Program-made: the position numbers and the translations under genes | Shown here: positions 1 to 13,285 of the stretch, piece by piece | Layout: every line of letters begins with the position of its first letter | Numbering within the stretch: the stretch's first letter is position 1 | NCBI GenBank assembly: GCA_964035575.1 | Contig: OZ037839.1 | Coordinates: forward strand, 1,550,001-1,614,000 | DNA: 64,000 nt | Direction of reading: 5' to 3' | From: Rhynchopus sp. YZ270_cl-10 | Lineage: Eukaryota | The notes under the pieces: generated by a model | What the model was told of the DNA's origin: nothing | Databases searched by the model: none | Seen by the model: only the letters and a program-made list of their open reading frames with translations

Positions 1-139
1 TGCTTGCGTCCTCCTTCGTGGTTTTGGGCGTTCGCACGCGAGAATCATTATCGCATTCTCACATGTAATTCTCGCATCACGGAGAGGATTTTAGCGTCAC
101 GTGACCACAAAAAAAGTGCACAAAATTAGTTTGGTCAAA

Positions 140-1430
140 AATCACCTTGCACTTGTGAAGGAATTGCTAAGGAAATGTGAAATATGCGTGTTTTGGTACA
201 CAAAAGTGCGTTTTGGGTGGTTCTGAAGGGTCAAAACACCAAAAAAATGCGTTTTTTTTGCATTTTTGGTCACCCAAGGACCCACTATTTTGGTTGATAT
301 TTTTTTTTTCCCTTTGCGAAAAAATACCCAAAAACCACGTCTATAAAAACGCTAAGGAAAAATCGATATTCATTTTTTGGGCAGAGAAGTGCGTTTTAGG
401 CGCCCACAGATGGTCAAAACATCAAAAATTTTGTGTTTTTGGCATCTTTGGACACCCATGGACCCACTATCAGGGGTGAATTTTTTTTGCCTGAGATTTG
501 CCTTTGCCAAAAATCGAAAAAAAAAATTATGAAGGAAATTGCTAAGAAAAAGTCGAAATTGTGGGCCCCTGTAGTGCATATGGCGGTACCCCAGATCGTC
601 AAAACACCCGACTCTTGCGTTTTTTTGCACTTTTTGGTGCACAAAAACCCTACTCAGGGGTCAAAATTTTCCCGGATAAAAAAATTTTTTTTTTCGGGAT
701 TTTTCAAAAATCGACTTGTCTTTGGTAAAAACCACGAAATTTCGGGTTCGCAAAACCACGTTTTAGACCCCCACAGATGCTCAAAAGTGCCAAATTTTGC
801 TTTAAATGGCCTCAAATCGTCGAAATTAGCCCTATTTAGGGGCGAAAAAAAAAATTCGAGAGTCCCTTTCCCTGGGAGACAATAGCCAGAAATCTGAGAA
901 AAAAAAAAAAAAACTGGCCAGATTTCCAGATCTGGCCAGATCTGGGGGGTTTTTTTTTTTTTGAAAAAAAAAAATTTCCCAGATTCCCAGATCTGGCCAG
1001 ATCTGGCCAGATCTGGAAACAAGATCTCCACATCTGGAAAACGAGCCAGATCTGGGAAATTGGCCCCCAAATCTGGCCAGATCTGGCAGCATCCGTGCTT
1101 TTTCAAGCCTGGAAAAAATTTTTTTTTCGGGCCTGACCTTGGGACCTTGTGCACCGAAAAATTCAAAAAACGGCAAAATTTTGATGTTTTGAGCATCTGT
1201 GGGTGAATCATATGCACTGCTACAGTGGCCTATTATTGGGTGTTTTCCTTAGCAAATTCCTTCACAAAACTCATTTTTGATTTTGGCAAAGGCAAATTTC
1301 AGGCCAAAAAAAAGTCACCCCTGGTAGTGGGTCCTTGGGTGTCCAAACATGCCAAAAACACAAAAAAATTGATGTTTTGGCCTTCTGTGGGCACCTAAAA
1401 CGCACTTCTCTGCCCAAAAAATGAATCATT
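140..1430. repeat. Diverged foldback/satellite-like repeat block with direct and inverted copies
   Basis: ~371-546 is the diverged reverse complement of ~1248-1425. ~750-887 recurs at ~34890-35033. ~1115-1170 recurs at ~5245-5297. Confidence 0.6.
886..1110. repeat. Cluster of palindromic CCAGATCTGG motifs (MITE/subterminal-repeat-like)
   Basis: Many (GG)CCAGATCTGG copies separated by A/T homopolymers. Confidence 0.6.
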
Positions 1431-4400
1431 CACATTTCAGAGGTCCTGCATGAAAATGCCCATTTGAGCCCAAATTTTCGGTTTTTTTTCAACATTTCTT
1501 CAACACAGGCCCCGCCAGGTGGTCCGGGCGTCCAAAAAAAAATTTTTTTTTTTTTGCGAAAATTTTTTTTTTCGACAACTACTTTTCCAAGCCTGAAACC
1601 GATATTGACCGATATTGACCAACATTGGCTTTTACTCTACGACGGACTCTCTTCAGATACCGACTATTTTTACGTAGAAAAAAAATTTTTTTTTTCGACA
1701 ACTACTTTTTCAGGCCTGGAAAAAAACATAGTGTGAGAACGATCGTGACGGTTTTTTTCAAGATCTTGAACTTTTTTTCAAGATCTTGACATTTTTTTTT
1801 TTTTTTTCACGATCGTTTTTTTTTTTCACGATCGTTTTTTTTTTTCCCCCTAGTAGTACAAGGGGCATGGGCGTGAAATGGGTGGCAAGGGAGAGTTTCT
1901 GGGTTCTACTTGGAATTTTTGACCGACTCTTTTCCTTGAAACGATTTTGTGGCGAATCTTTCAAATAAAGCAAAAATCGAGAACATTCTCACACCAGAAT
2001 CCCCCCCAACGGATGTCGCCAGCGAGGCACTAAAACCAGAAAACCGTTTTTACCCATGGCAAGTGCCACTATAGTGGCGCACGAATGCCACACGTTGGTA
2101 GGGGTAATGGGGTTCTACTCATTTTCGTAAAAACATTTTTTTTCTGTGTGACAATAATAAGGCAAGAATCGACAACTTTCGTGAAAATGTCATATCGTTG
2201 GATGCTGGAGGGAGGTGGGTCAACCCTAGGAAAAGGACTTTTTTTGGCGCTCACCCCCAAAATCACCCCCTGCCTCGTGACTTCGCCCTGCAAACAGAAT
2301 TCTACTCAAAATCGTAAAATAAATTATATTTCGTAAGAATTGATGTCGATCTTTTAGATAAAGCCAAAATCGAGCAGTTTTGATGATTAGGTTAGTGCAG
2401 CCGTAACAAGGAGAACACAGGGTAAAATCCCTTGGTTTTCCCTTGCTGTACTGTATGTGTTAAAAAGTGTATATTGGTGTACGGGAGAGACGCGCGTTTA
2501 AAGTTGCAACATTTTTAGGCTGATTGACGTGGGATGCCCCATTTTTCACTTTTTACCACCGATTTAATTCGATCACCATCGAACACTGGGAAAATTTCTT
2601 GGTCAGTTTGGGGTATAACACGTGTATGACCTAATTTTAAGTGGTCAGAAGTGGAGTCTGACCCCCGTGCCCATCATTTTTGAGCATGTTTTTTGGTTTT
2701 CCTTAGCACAACGTAGGAGAAGGCGAACTGTTTACAAGGAGGGACAGGGTCGAGCGTGAGTGGGTCACTGCAGTGGCTCACGATACACTGAACGGGTTTG
2801 CGGCTGGGAGGGAAACGTTTCCACTGTTACAGGCAAGTCACAAGGGGGTGGTGACTTGTGTGGGAGAAATGGGTACGGACAAGACTGTATGCGTTTAGTC
2901 CCAAGAGCCTTCACTGATGTCAGAGTCGTGATGCTCAGCATCATCATCAACCTTGGGGTCCTCAGCTGTCGCGTCGCAGTCAATATAGCTCCCGCACGCT
3001 CCTTCTCCTCCTGCACCAGCTTCTCCTCATCCCACCAACCATTCTCTTGTGGCGGCTTGCTCTCGCGCAAACTGCGTGCTACGACCACAAGCTTGTGCAG
3101 CTTTGGTGCAACTAGCCAGTTGCGCCTCTTCTCGCTCATCCACCCATCGTACTGAAGATGCGCTCAGCATGTTGAGGCACAAATGGAACTCAGGGGAAGA
3201 GCTGTGTGCTGTGGACAGAGAGGCCAGGGTTTGGGGTGCTGTGTGAGCTACAAACGCTCCCCTTCCCTCCTTAGAGCTAACAAACATTACCCGTTGTCTA
3301 GCAAGAACTTGCCCAATTCTGCAAATTGACCCCACCACTGCACGGGCGGCTTCCAAAAATGCAAATAAGGACCCTTTTCCACAACCTTCCTTCACAGAAG
3401 GGTCAATTTTACAAACCCGGATTTTGAGGAAAATTTTAGCCGAAAATGGGCCCACGTATAAGTGACCGGGCTCATATTTCTCAAAATTTAAGTGGTCAAA
3501 AAATCCAATTTTCGAGATTGACCCCACCACTGCACGGGCGAATCCCAAAAATGTAAATAAAGACGTTTTTGGCCCAAAATAAATCTGCCAAAATTGTGTC
3601 CCGGATTGGATTTTGGACTCCGGACCCCATATTTAGAAATAGCCCTGTGTTCTAAACAATGAGCATCACAGCGGTTGACCCTGGTATTTTTGGTATTTTT
3701 TGAAAATCTCAGCTCAAAAAATACCAAAAAAAAAAAATACAGGGTTTTGGATTGAGGCTGGGGTGGAGGAGTGGGGGCTCCGCCCACCTCTCACCTACCC
3801 CCCACAGAATTCTATTTTTAGAAGACAATTTTCTTCTATTTTACCGGAAAAGGAAGATGCACTGCGGCGCGAGCTTTCAACCCACCCTTCCCGCGACATA
3901 GTAGGCAATTTTAAGCGCAATTTTTAGAAATGTTGCGTACCGTGGCTTCGCCACGAGTTTAACACTGAAAAGATGGGGAATATGCTTGAACGCGCTGTTG
4001 CCCTGTTTCTCAGCAACAAGCGTCCCAGATTCAAGAGAAAACGGAGGTGTTCCTGCTGATGGCGGAGGAGTTGGAAAACGTCGCTCCCCCCGTATTTGTT
4101 TCCGGAATTGAGCTTCTGAGGACCTTTTTCGCGCGAAGCGCGAAAAATTTTTTTTTTGCCAAAAAGAAAGAAATTGGGCGTGGAATTCTAAAATTTTTCG
4201 GGGAAAACGGCATATTTAGCGATAAGTATGGGGAGCTGCGTAATCCCTGTTGCGTGACCCCCCCAAATTCTAAAATCTGTGGGACAGCGTGCTCTGACAT
4301 AGGTTGTACTCATTAAAAAACCGGTAAAAATACAAGTAATGTGTGATGGTCAAAAGTGCAAAATTCCTTCGCCAATGCATTATTTGGGCATTTGTTATAC

Positions 4401-5079
4401 CTGGAGAATATGGTCAGATCACTCTTCAGACCACCAGCCAACGAAATATACCGTAATTGTACAGAGGTTGGACAGTACAAAAGTTGGGCTTTTGGCCAAC
4501 TTGGCCTGGTGTTGAACGCCGCATCCCCCGCCACAATGGGCATAAATGTCCTCTTGGTCCGTAAAGGGTTAAAAAGAGTGTCTCACGATACACATACAAC
4601 CACTCGCGATTGGATAGATATTGTAACAAAGGGAATTCAGAACAAAACAACACCCTGCCCCATACACACTAAATTGCCATGCTTCAAGAGCATGCCTGCC
4701 GGGCCAAAAATTACTGTGGCAAAAAGGCAGCAAGACCACCCACAAAGAGTGTGAATTGTATTGGATGGACAGGGGTTTGCACAGTGATGATGTTACTACG
4801 ACTAGGTTTTTGGCGATATTACATGTGCATGTTACATGCCATGCCGTGACGTGCTGCTTCATGGTATACGCATGTCATAGAATGTCGCGATTTTTTACGA
4901 TTCGTATTTCGGGTTTTGCGAATTTTGTTCCAGAAAAGTACACCCCAAAAATGGCAAAAAAGGTGACATTTTACGTCAAAACACCGCTAAAAGTTACTCT
5001 CGGCCGATTTCAGGGGGGTTGTGGGCACCTGTGGGGGCTCCCTCCCTGGTGTGGGCCAGCGATCAACGACATAATATGG

Positions 5080-5240
5080 GAAAAAAAAAACGATCGTTTT
5101 TTTTTTCCTTCACGATCGTGAAGAAAAAGGTGCTTTTTTTTCACGATCGTGAAGAAAAAAAAAAAAAAAAAACGATCGTTTTTTTTTCTTCACGATCGTA
5201 AAAAAAAAAAAAAAAAAAAAAACGATCGTTTTCACCCTAT
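5080..5240. repeat. ACGATCGT palindromic motif cluster (a related cluster lies at ~1738-1845)
   Basis: Repeated CACGATCGTG / AACGATCGTT embedded in poly-A/T runs. Confidence 0.6.
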
Positions 5241-6066
5241 GAAAAAATTTTTTTTTCGGGCCTGACCTTGGGACCTTGTGCACCGAAAAATTCAAAAAAA
5301 AACCAAAATTTTGGGGGGTCCAGCGAATATCTATATAACTCCGAAGAAATAACAGTGCATAGCAACTGTAGGAAGTTTATTAAAAAGAGTGCCTCACGCT
5401 ACACAAACCACCACCCGCGATTGACTTAGATGATAACTAGAGAATTCAGAACAAAACAACACCCTGCCCCATACACACTAAATTGCCATGATTCAAGAGC
5501 ATGTCTGGGCCAAAATTACTGTGACAGAAAAGGCAACAGACCACCCACAAGGAGTGTGAATTGTGCACTGGTTTTCTGGGGGAACAAGCAATATTTTCTT
5601 GTGTCTAGTCCTCCGCAAGCAGAGGACATTCCGTTCCGTGCTTACCATAGAACCTGGCACCTTGTGTGTCTCCCAAAAACCAAAAGCGTTGTGTATGTAG
5701 TTTTGAAGGAAGGAAAAATAAAATTTGACACAAAATCGGGGTGGGTGGGCCATAATTTGCTCCAAATATGACCAGTCGAAAATTGGGATTTTTTTGAAAT
5801 TTGCATTGTGCCCAGCAAAAATCCTCGTTTTTTTGAAGAATTTTCCAAAAAATATGCTATACCCCCTATGACTGGACCCAACTCCCCTCACTATTTTTTG
5901 CCTAAAAAAGCCCCAAAAATCCTGCAGTTTTTTCAGGTTTTTCCCATTTTACGACATTTAGCGGACCCCCCAAAGTCCATAATTGTTCTGGTCCATCATT
6001 GTTCTGGTCCATGTTATTTCTGGTCCATCTGTGTTAGGCTTTTTTTTTTTGAACTTGTCCATTTTC

Positions 6067-6213
6067 AGACCCATTCCGAGCTTTCGGTACCGCACGTTGG
6101 CGGGGCATCTCGGCTCATATGTGGCCCGGTAGACCCATTCCGAGCTTTCGGTACCGCACGTTGGCGGGGCATCTCGGCTTATCTGTGGGCCCGGTAGACC
6201 CATTCCGAGCTTT
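6067..6213. repeat. ~64-bp tandem repeat, ~2.3 copies
   Basis: AGACCCATTCCGAGCTTTC recurs at ~6068, 6131 and 6196. Confidence 0.75.
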
Positions 6214-7149
6214 CTCCCCACACAAGCGGTCGTCGCACGCGCTTCGCGCGCGCGACTCCCTGTCAAAATTCTGGACAAGTACAAAAAAACCCCACACATA
6301 TGTCGGACCAGAAAAATAGGTCCATAAAAAAAAAAAATCCCAAAAGGTCCATAATTGTTCTGGTCCATCATTATTCTGGTCCATGTTATTTCTGGTCCAT
6401 ATTTTTTCAAAAGACGGTATTTGTGTTTCTGTCTATCTGATACACAAACAAGATGTGGACTGGTATTTGTTTGGATTGGTAGCAATTATTGTACGGAATA
6501 CTTTCCGTATACACTGCAGCCAAGCCTCTGTAGGTGCATATCCTGTGAGACAGAGATTCTGAGAGAATGGAAAGGAAGAATAAAACGTTTGTATTTTGTG
6601 TATTCCGTAGCCAAAAAAAACTGAAGTAGAAGGTACCAAATGTTCACACGAACATCAATTTGACGACCTTTGAATCACCTCAACTCTTCTGTGTGTCACC
6701 CCTTCTCTTAAAATATGCAGCAAAGGCTTCGGTAAGGTTGCTTACCCAACCAAAGGATGTTGCAGCCATCCTATCTTCTCGCATGGGTCTGAAAAAGAAA
6801 ACAAAAACAAGATCCTACCCCATAAACCATTTCGACCTGAAACAACCCCTCCCTATGTGTTCTTGGATCACTGCAGATGGTGTGTAGCTAGGAGGTGCAC
6901 ATTCATCTTACAAAAGCAACTTTTGTTCCATTCACTTAAACATCCCTTTACTCCGTTAGGATAAGCATCACAAGACAACACAGCATTGTGTGATGAGTTT
7001 TGTGTTGTCCACACAGACATGTCATGTACCTGTCAGTTCTTATTCAAATGGGGAGAAGTGGAAAAACAAAGAAAGCTATTTTGTTGTATCTTGCCTCCCT
7101 CCTCCTTCTCAACACCACCCCGCAACAGAGCAACACTTCACTCGAAACA

Positions 7150-8211
7150 ATGGAACTGTGTGTGCAGAGATATGATGATGAAACCAAATTCGTGATTGAG
7201 GTGGGTGAGAAGGACACAACGGAGACGATGCGGCAGAAGGTGGCGTCTGCAACAGGGTTGTGCGAAGACAGCTTCCGCATGGGCTTCGGAGGGAAGGAGG
7301 AAGGAGAGGACATCACAGAACTGAGTGCTGGAGACACAGTCGTGTTGACGAAAACTACTAAGTACGCATCTCTTGAAGCACTTCGTGCCTTGGGTGAGAC
7401 AGACATTTCCGAAGCGAGGTTGGCGACTGTGAGGGATCCTGAGGTGGCTTCTCTGCTTCTTCAGGCGGAGGTTGCGACTGTTATCCCGCACTATTTCTTG
7501 ATCGAAGCATCGTTTACGAGACTTGATCTCTCTGCTGTGTCTGGTGTGACGCAAATTGAGCAAGGCTTCCTCTGGAAGTGTGCGTCGGTGGAAACCGTTG
7601 ACTTGTCGGGATTGTGCAACGTTACGCACATTGAGGATGACTTTCTCTCTTACTGTACATCGTTGACAAGCCTTGACGTGTCAGGGTTCACTGGTGTGAC
7701 GGTGATAGGGGAGTCGTTCCTCCAAGGAAGTGGCGTCACAAATCTTGACTTATCCGCGATGACGAGTGTGACGAAGGTTGGTGACTACTTCCTGTACCAC
7801 TGCGAGTCGTTGACAAGTCTTGACATCTCAGGATGGCACAGAGTCACGCACATTCAGGCCGACTTCCTCTGGAACTGCACCTCGTTGGCAACCATTGATT
7901 TATCAGCTTTTTGCAGTGTCACGAAGATCGACACCGGCTTTCTCCGCTACTGCGAGTCGTTGACCACCATCAGCTTTTCAGGGATGACGAATGTGACGGA
8001 AATTGGGAGCGACTTTTGTTCGGCCTGCTCCGCGTTGACAACAGCAGACTTATCAGGAATGAGAAATATTAGTCGGATTGCTAGTGGTTTCCTGAAAGAT
8101 TGCACATCCTTGACCACGCTGGACATGTCAGGTTTTGGCAGGGACACAGAGATCGGGGACGACTTCCTGCTCAACTGCAACGCACTCACAAACAGTCGTC
8201 TTGCCAGGTAA
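7150..8211 (+). pseudogene. UBL + BspA-type LRR protein, copy 1 (~10 LRRs; +1 frameshift near 8190 and disrupted tail)
   Basis: ATG 7150 MELCVQ... begins a ubiquitin-fold-like N-terminus, followed by ~25-aa LRRs. An extra A (ctcacaAacagtc versus ctcacaacagtc in paralogs) moves the C-terminal TVVLPGNID segment into another frame (ORF 8135-8467). The tail homology resumes at 8720. Confidence 0.75.
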
Positions 8212-9106
8212 CATCGACATAGATGAGATTTCCCTCCCGCCTGAAGACCATGTCACGAGACAGGCCTTCGATGTACGTGTGCGTGAGATTTGCGCAAGGT
8301 TTACGGAACAGTTCGAAGATGTGTGGATAGAAGCTTTTGAGTCAGTACGAACAGACGTGTCTGGAAGTGCAAGACAATGCATCGCGATCGAAGGTGGACC
8401 CCCTTATTTTTATGGCCTCCCCTTAGAGAGCTTTTTTTTTGTCCTCCGTGAAGGAGGGTTTTTTTGAGTGTTTTCTTTGCATCGGACAGTGTTTCAAAGC
8501 TGTTCTCTTGTGAATACTGTTGCCCGCAGGTTGGCGAGCGACGATACCTGAAACACATTCGGTGTTCCGCTGTTGTTTATTCTTTGCCAGTTGTGAGCTG
8601 CATGACCGGAGTCGGTCCTAGCATGCAGACAGAATGAGAGTTTTTGATTAAGTCGAGAAAGGCAAAAGGTCCGCCCGCCATTGCCCCTGCCGCTACTGCG
8701 CTCCTGGAGCGCTACTTAGTTTGATGCAAGCACAAGAGGACAAAGAAGAGGAACAAAAAGAGGATTTGGAGAGTTGGGGGCAGCATAAACAGGAGCAGGA
8801 CAAGCTGGATGAACAGAGGGGTTTGGGGGGTTTGGTGATTAGTGTGAAGAACACTTCGGTGAAAATATCAACTTCATATATGGATTCACTTTTGAGCTGG
8901 GGTGGAATATTTGGCAGGTTTGGTGCACAACTCTGACAAACCGGAGTGTCCCACCACTTTTTGTGAACAACGTGTCAGCCCAGGGTCTTTTCTACCACAC
9001 ATAGTTAAGTGAAAAACAAACAAGAAAGCTATTTTGTTGTATCTTGCCTCCCTCCTCCTCCTTCTCAACACTTACCCCACAACAGAGCAACACTTTACTC
9101 GAAACA

Positions 9107-10732
9107 ATGGAACTGTGTGTGCAGGGATACGATGATGAAACCAAATTCATGATTGAGGTGGGTGAGAACGACACAACGGAGACGATGCGGCAGAAGGTGG
9201 CGTCTGCAACAGGGTTGTGCGAAGACAGCTTCCGCATGGGCTTCGGAGGGAAGGAGGAAGGAGAGGACATCACAGAACTGAGTGCTGGAGACACAGTCGT
9301 GTTGACGAAAACTACTAAGTACACATCTGTTGAGGAACTTCGTGCCTTGGGTGAGACAGACATTTCCGAAGCGAGGTTGGCGACTGTGAGGGATCCTGAG
9401 GTGGCTTCTCTGCTTCTTCAGGCGGAGGTTGCAACTGTTATTCCTGCCGGGTTCTTGAGCGAAGCATCGTTTACGAGACTTGATCTCTCTGCTGTGTCTG
9501 GTGTGACGCGAATTGAGTGCAGCTTCCTCTGCGGGTGTGCGTCGGTGGAAACAGTTGACTTGTCGGGATTGTGCAACGTTACGCACATTGGGAATCACTT
9601 TCTCTCTCGCTCCACATCGTTGACAAGCCTTGACGTGTCAGGGTTCACTGGTGTGACGGTGATAGGGAACGCGTTCCTCAAAGGAAGTGGCATCAGAGAG
9701 CTTGACTTATCCGCGATGACGAGCATGACGACGGTTGGTAAGAACTTCCTACACCGCTGCGAGTCGTTGGAAAGTCTTGACATCTCAGGATGGCGCAGAG
9801 TCACGCACATTGAGCACAACTTCCTGTCGAACTGCACCTCGTTGGCAACCATTGATTTATCAGCTTTTAGCAGTGTCACGAAGATCGACTCCGAGTTTCT
9901 CCGCAACTGCTCGTCGTTGACCACCATCAGCTTTTCAGGGATGACGAATGTGACGGAAATTGGGAACAGCTTTTGTTCGTCCTGCACCTCGTTGGAAACG
10001 ATTGACATGACAGCACTGCACAGGGTTGTGAAGGTAGGTCGCAACTTTCTTGAGAGGTGCACCTCGCTGGGAAGTATCGACCTTTCAGCTTTTGGCAGTG
10101 CGACAGACATTGGGTACGGCTTTCTTTTTCAGTGCTCATCATTGAAAACAGTTGATTTATCAGTGTTGCGCAGCATCACACACATTGAGAATAGCTGGAT
10201 GGAAGGGTGCTCCGCGTTGACAACAGCAGACTTATCAGGACTGAACAATGTTACGCACATTAGTGCACAGTTCCTGGATGAGTGCACATCCTTGACTACG
10301 CTGGACATGTCAGGTTTTGGCAGTGACACACTGATCCAACGTTACTTCCTGGACAACTGCAACGCACTCAGTGACACAAGGATCCAGCACAACTTCCTGG
10401 ACAACTGCAACGCACTCACAACAGTCGTCTTGCCAGGCAACATCGACATTGACGAGATGTCTCTCCCGAATGAAGCCCAAAAGAACCATGGCGCTGGCCT
10501 CACGAAGACCTTCCATGCATGTGTGCGTGAGATTTACGCAAGGTTTACGGAACAGTTCGGAGGTGTGCGGACAGAAGATCTGGTACGAACAGACGTGTCT
10601 GGAGATGCAAGACAATGTATTGCATTGAAAGCAGGACAAGAAGGAGAAGGTTTGATGCAAGCACAAGAGGACGAGGACAAGCAGGAACTGGACAAACAGG
10701 AGCATGACAAGCAAGGGTATTTGGAGGGTTAG
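9107..10732 (+). CDS. UBL + BspA-type (LRR_5-like) leucine-rich repeat protein, copy 2 (541 aa, ~13 LRRs, acidic tail)
   Basis: Intact ORF with consensus xIxxxFLxxCxSLxxxDLS. An upstream pyrimidine tract and ACAACAG acceptor are present. No signal peptide or TM segment is visible. Confidence 0.88.
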   Translation: MELCVQGYDDETKFMIEVGENDTTETMRQKVASATGLCEDSFRMGFGGKEEGEDITELSAGDTVVLTKTTKYTSVEELRALGETDISEARLATVRDPEVASLLLQAEVATVIPAGFLSEASFTRLDLSAVSGVTRIECSFLCGCASVETVDLSGLCNVTHIGNHFLSRSTSLTSLDVSGFTGVTVIGNAFLKGSGIRELDLSAMTSMTTVGKNFLHRCESLESLDISGWRRVTHIEHNFLSNCTSLATIDLSAFSSVTKIDSEFLRNCSSLTTISFSGMTNVTEIGNSFCSSCTSLETIDMTALHRVVKVGRNFLERCTSLGSIDLSAFGSATDIGYGFLFQCSSLKTVDLSVLRSITHIENSWMEGCSALTTADLSGLNNVTHISAQFLDECTSLTTLDMSGFGSDTLIQRYFLDNCNALSDTRIQHNFLDNCNALTTVVLPGNIDIDEMSLPNEAQKNHGAGLTKTFHACVREIYARFTEQFGGVRTEDLVRTDVSGDARQCIALKAGQEGEGLMQAQEDEDKQELDKQEHDKQGYLEG

Positions 10733-11658
10733 GGTACGGGACAGGCTGCAGCGATGTTGTGTCGAGCACAGTGTGGAACGGCGAGCAGAGGAAGTCAGTG
10801 GTTGAAGCCCGTCCGAAACGCAGTGCGACCCACAGGAGGATCCCCGCAAGTGGCGGAGACACGCAGAGTGACGCCGCCAGCTGCGCACTGCTCCCTCGAA
10901 GCTGCACGACACACACCCTCACAGGCCACTCCTCCCGCAAGCACTGCAGACAACAGAGCTGGAATCGCTGCTGCACAGCTTACTGGCAGCCCTACAATAT
11001 CATGACATGTACGACAGTTTGTGTGGAGAGAGGCTTAGGTTGATCTCAAGTGCAATACGCGTTTTCGGATGTCACGGGTCTTACTGTTTCCCCTTCCCCC
11101 CTTTTGTGTCTCAGCACCTTACTTTTTCAAGACACGGGTTTTCGAGCGTTTTCGGGTTTTTGGGCTATTTTCGGGGTTTCAAAAATATAGAGAAAGGATG
11201 AATACTATCAAGAAAGAGCAGGACGACAGCAAAATAGAGAACGGGGTGTGTTTCATTTTGTTTCATCCTTTCAAGGTGACCAAGCACGAGAGGCTTAGGT
11301 TCATGTTATAAACTTTTCATTTCTTTCTGTGAAAGAGAAAACTGACGCAGGAGCCTTTTATCGAATAAGCTTTTTCACACAACGTTTTTTGATGTTCTTC
11401 TCCTTTGTTCACTCCCGTGTCTGTGTGCTGCTGTTGCTTCATATTTGTATTCTATACCGAAAAAAATAAGGTAAGGGTACCGAAACTTTTTTTTTTGGTA
11501 AGCGTCACCGCCCGCACTTTTTTTTGGATTTTGCGAAAAAAAAATTATGAAGAAAAAAAAATTATGCAGGTGTTTTTTCTACTGGGGGGGGGGGGATTCC
11601 CGGGGGGGGAAGCTGGTGTCGGTGACGATTCACCTGCAAGGGAAACGCTTCGAGAACG

Positions 11659-12816
11659 TGTACTGTACTGTACTGTACTGTACTGTACTGTACTGTACTG
11701 TACTGTACTGTACTGTACTGTACTGTACTGTACTGTACTGTACTGTACTGTACTGTACTGTACTGTACTGTACTGTACTGTACTGTACTGTACTGTACTG
11801 TACTGTACTGTACTGTACTGTACTGTACTGTACTGTACTGTACTGTACTGTACTGTACTGTACTGTACTGTACTGTACTGTACTGTACTGTACTGTACTG
11901 TACTGTACTGTACTGTACTGTACTGTACTGTACTGTACTGTACTGTACTGTACTGTACTGTACTGTACTGTACTGTACTGTACTGTACTGTACTGTACTG
12001 TACTGTACTGTACTGTACTGTACTGTACTGTACTGTACTGTACTGTACTGTACTGTACTGTACTGTACTGTACTGTACTGTACTGTACTGTACTGTACTG
12101 TACTGTACTGTACTGTACTGTACTGTACTGTACTGTACTGTACTGTACTGTACTGTACTGTACTGTACTGTACTGTACTGTACTGTACTGTACTGTACTG
12201 TACTGTACTGTACTGTACTGTACTGTACTGTACTGTACTGTACTGTACTGTACTGTACTGTACTGTACTGTACTGTACTGTACTGTACTGTACTGTACTG
12301 TACTGTACTGTACTGTACTGTACTGTACTGTACTGTACTGTACTGTACTGTACTGTACTGTACTGTACTGTACTGTACTGTACTGTACTGTACTGTACTG
12401 TACTGTACTGTACTGTACTGTACTGTACTGTACTGTACTGTACTGTACTGTACTGTACTGTACTGTACTGTACTGTACTGTACTGTACTGTACTGTACTG
12501 TACTGTACTGTACTGTACTGTACTGTACTGTACTGTACTGTACTGTACTGTACTGTACTGTACTGTACTGTACTGTACTGTACTGTACTGTACTGTACTG
12601 TACTGTACTGTACTGTACTGTACTGTACTGTACTGTACTGTACTGTACTGTACTGTACTGTACTGTACTGTACTGTACTGTACTGTACTGTACTGTACTG
12701 TACTGTACTGTACTGTACTGTACTGTACTGTACTGTACTGTACTGTACTGTACTGTACTGTACTGTACTGTACTGTACTGTACTGTACTGTACTGTACTG
12801 TACTGTACTGTACTGT
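11659..12816. repeat. (GTACT)n pentanucleotide microsatellite, ~1.16 kb
   Basis: Perfect tandem repeat read directly. Confidence 0.98.
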
Positions 12817-12900
12817 TTACTGTACTGTTACTGTGTTTTGACCATCTGGGGGTACCAAATACACGTTTTTGTATAACCCCTCCCCATAACCCCTCCCCAA

Positions 12901-13081
12901 GTGTACAGTGTGTACAGTGTGTACAGTGTGTACAGTGTGTACAGTGTGTACAGTGTGTACAGTGTGTACAGTGTGTACAGTGTGTACAGTGTGTACAGTG
13001 TGTACAGTGTGTACAGTGTGTACAGTGTGTACAGTGTGTACAGTGTGTACAGTGTGTACAGTGTACAGTGTATTGTACAGT
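12901..13081. repeat. (GTGTACAGT)n 9-mer tandem repeat
   Basis: Read directly. Confidence 0.95.
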
Positions 13082-13285
13082 GAATTTTTTCTATAGGTCA
13101 ACAACTTGGCCATTTCTGCAAAATGACCCCACCACTTCCTGGGATTGGCTCAAAAATGCAAATGCCAGCGTTTTCCTTCACATTCCCGCAAACCTTGAAA
13201 AATCTTGACACACCAAAAACACCTGCATATTTTTTTTTCCCTACCATAATTTTTTTTTCTTCATAATTTTTTTGGGGTAATTATC

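Noticed and set aside
177..2336. Many short Phe/Lys-rich ORFs
   Set aside because: Products of A/T homopolymer-rich repeats.
2760..3250. GC-balanced stretch with 120-130-aa ORFs on both strands
   Set aside because: Possibly a decayed coding fragment, but I recognise no motif.
7000..7149. N-terminal extensions (apparent signal peptide) on the LRR ORFs
   Set aside because: They translate the conserved polypyrimidine/AG acceptor region and differ in frame between copies. The shared start is MELCVQ.
11405..13208. 478- and 553-aa ORFs of (VLYCT)n
   Set aside because: Stop-free shadows of the (GTACT)n microsatellite.
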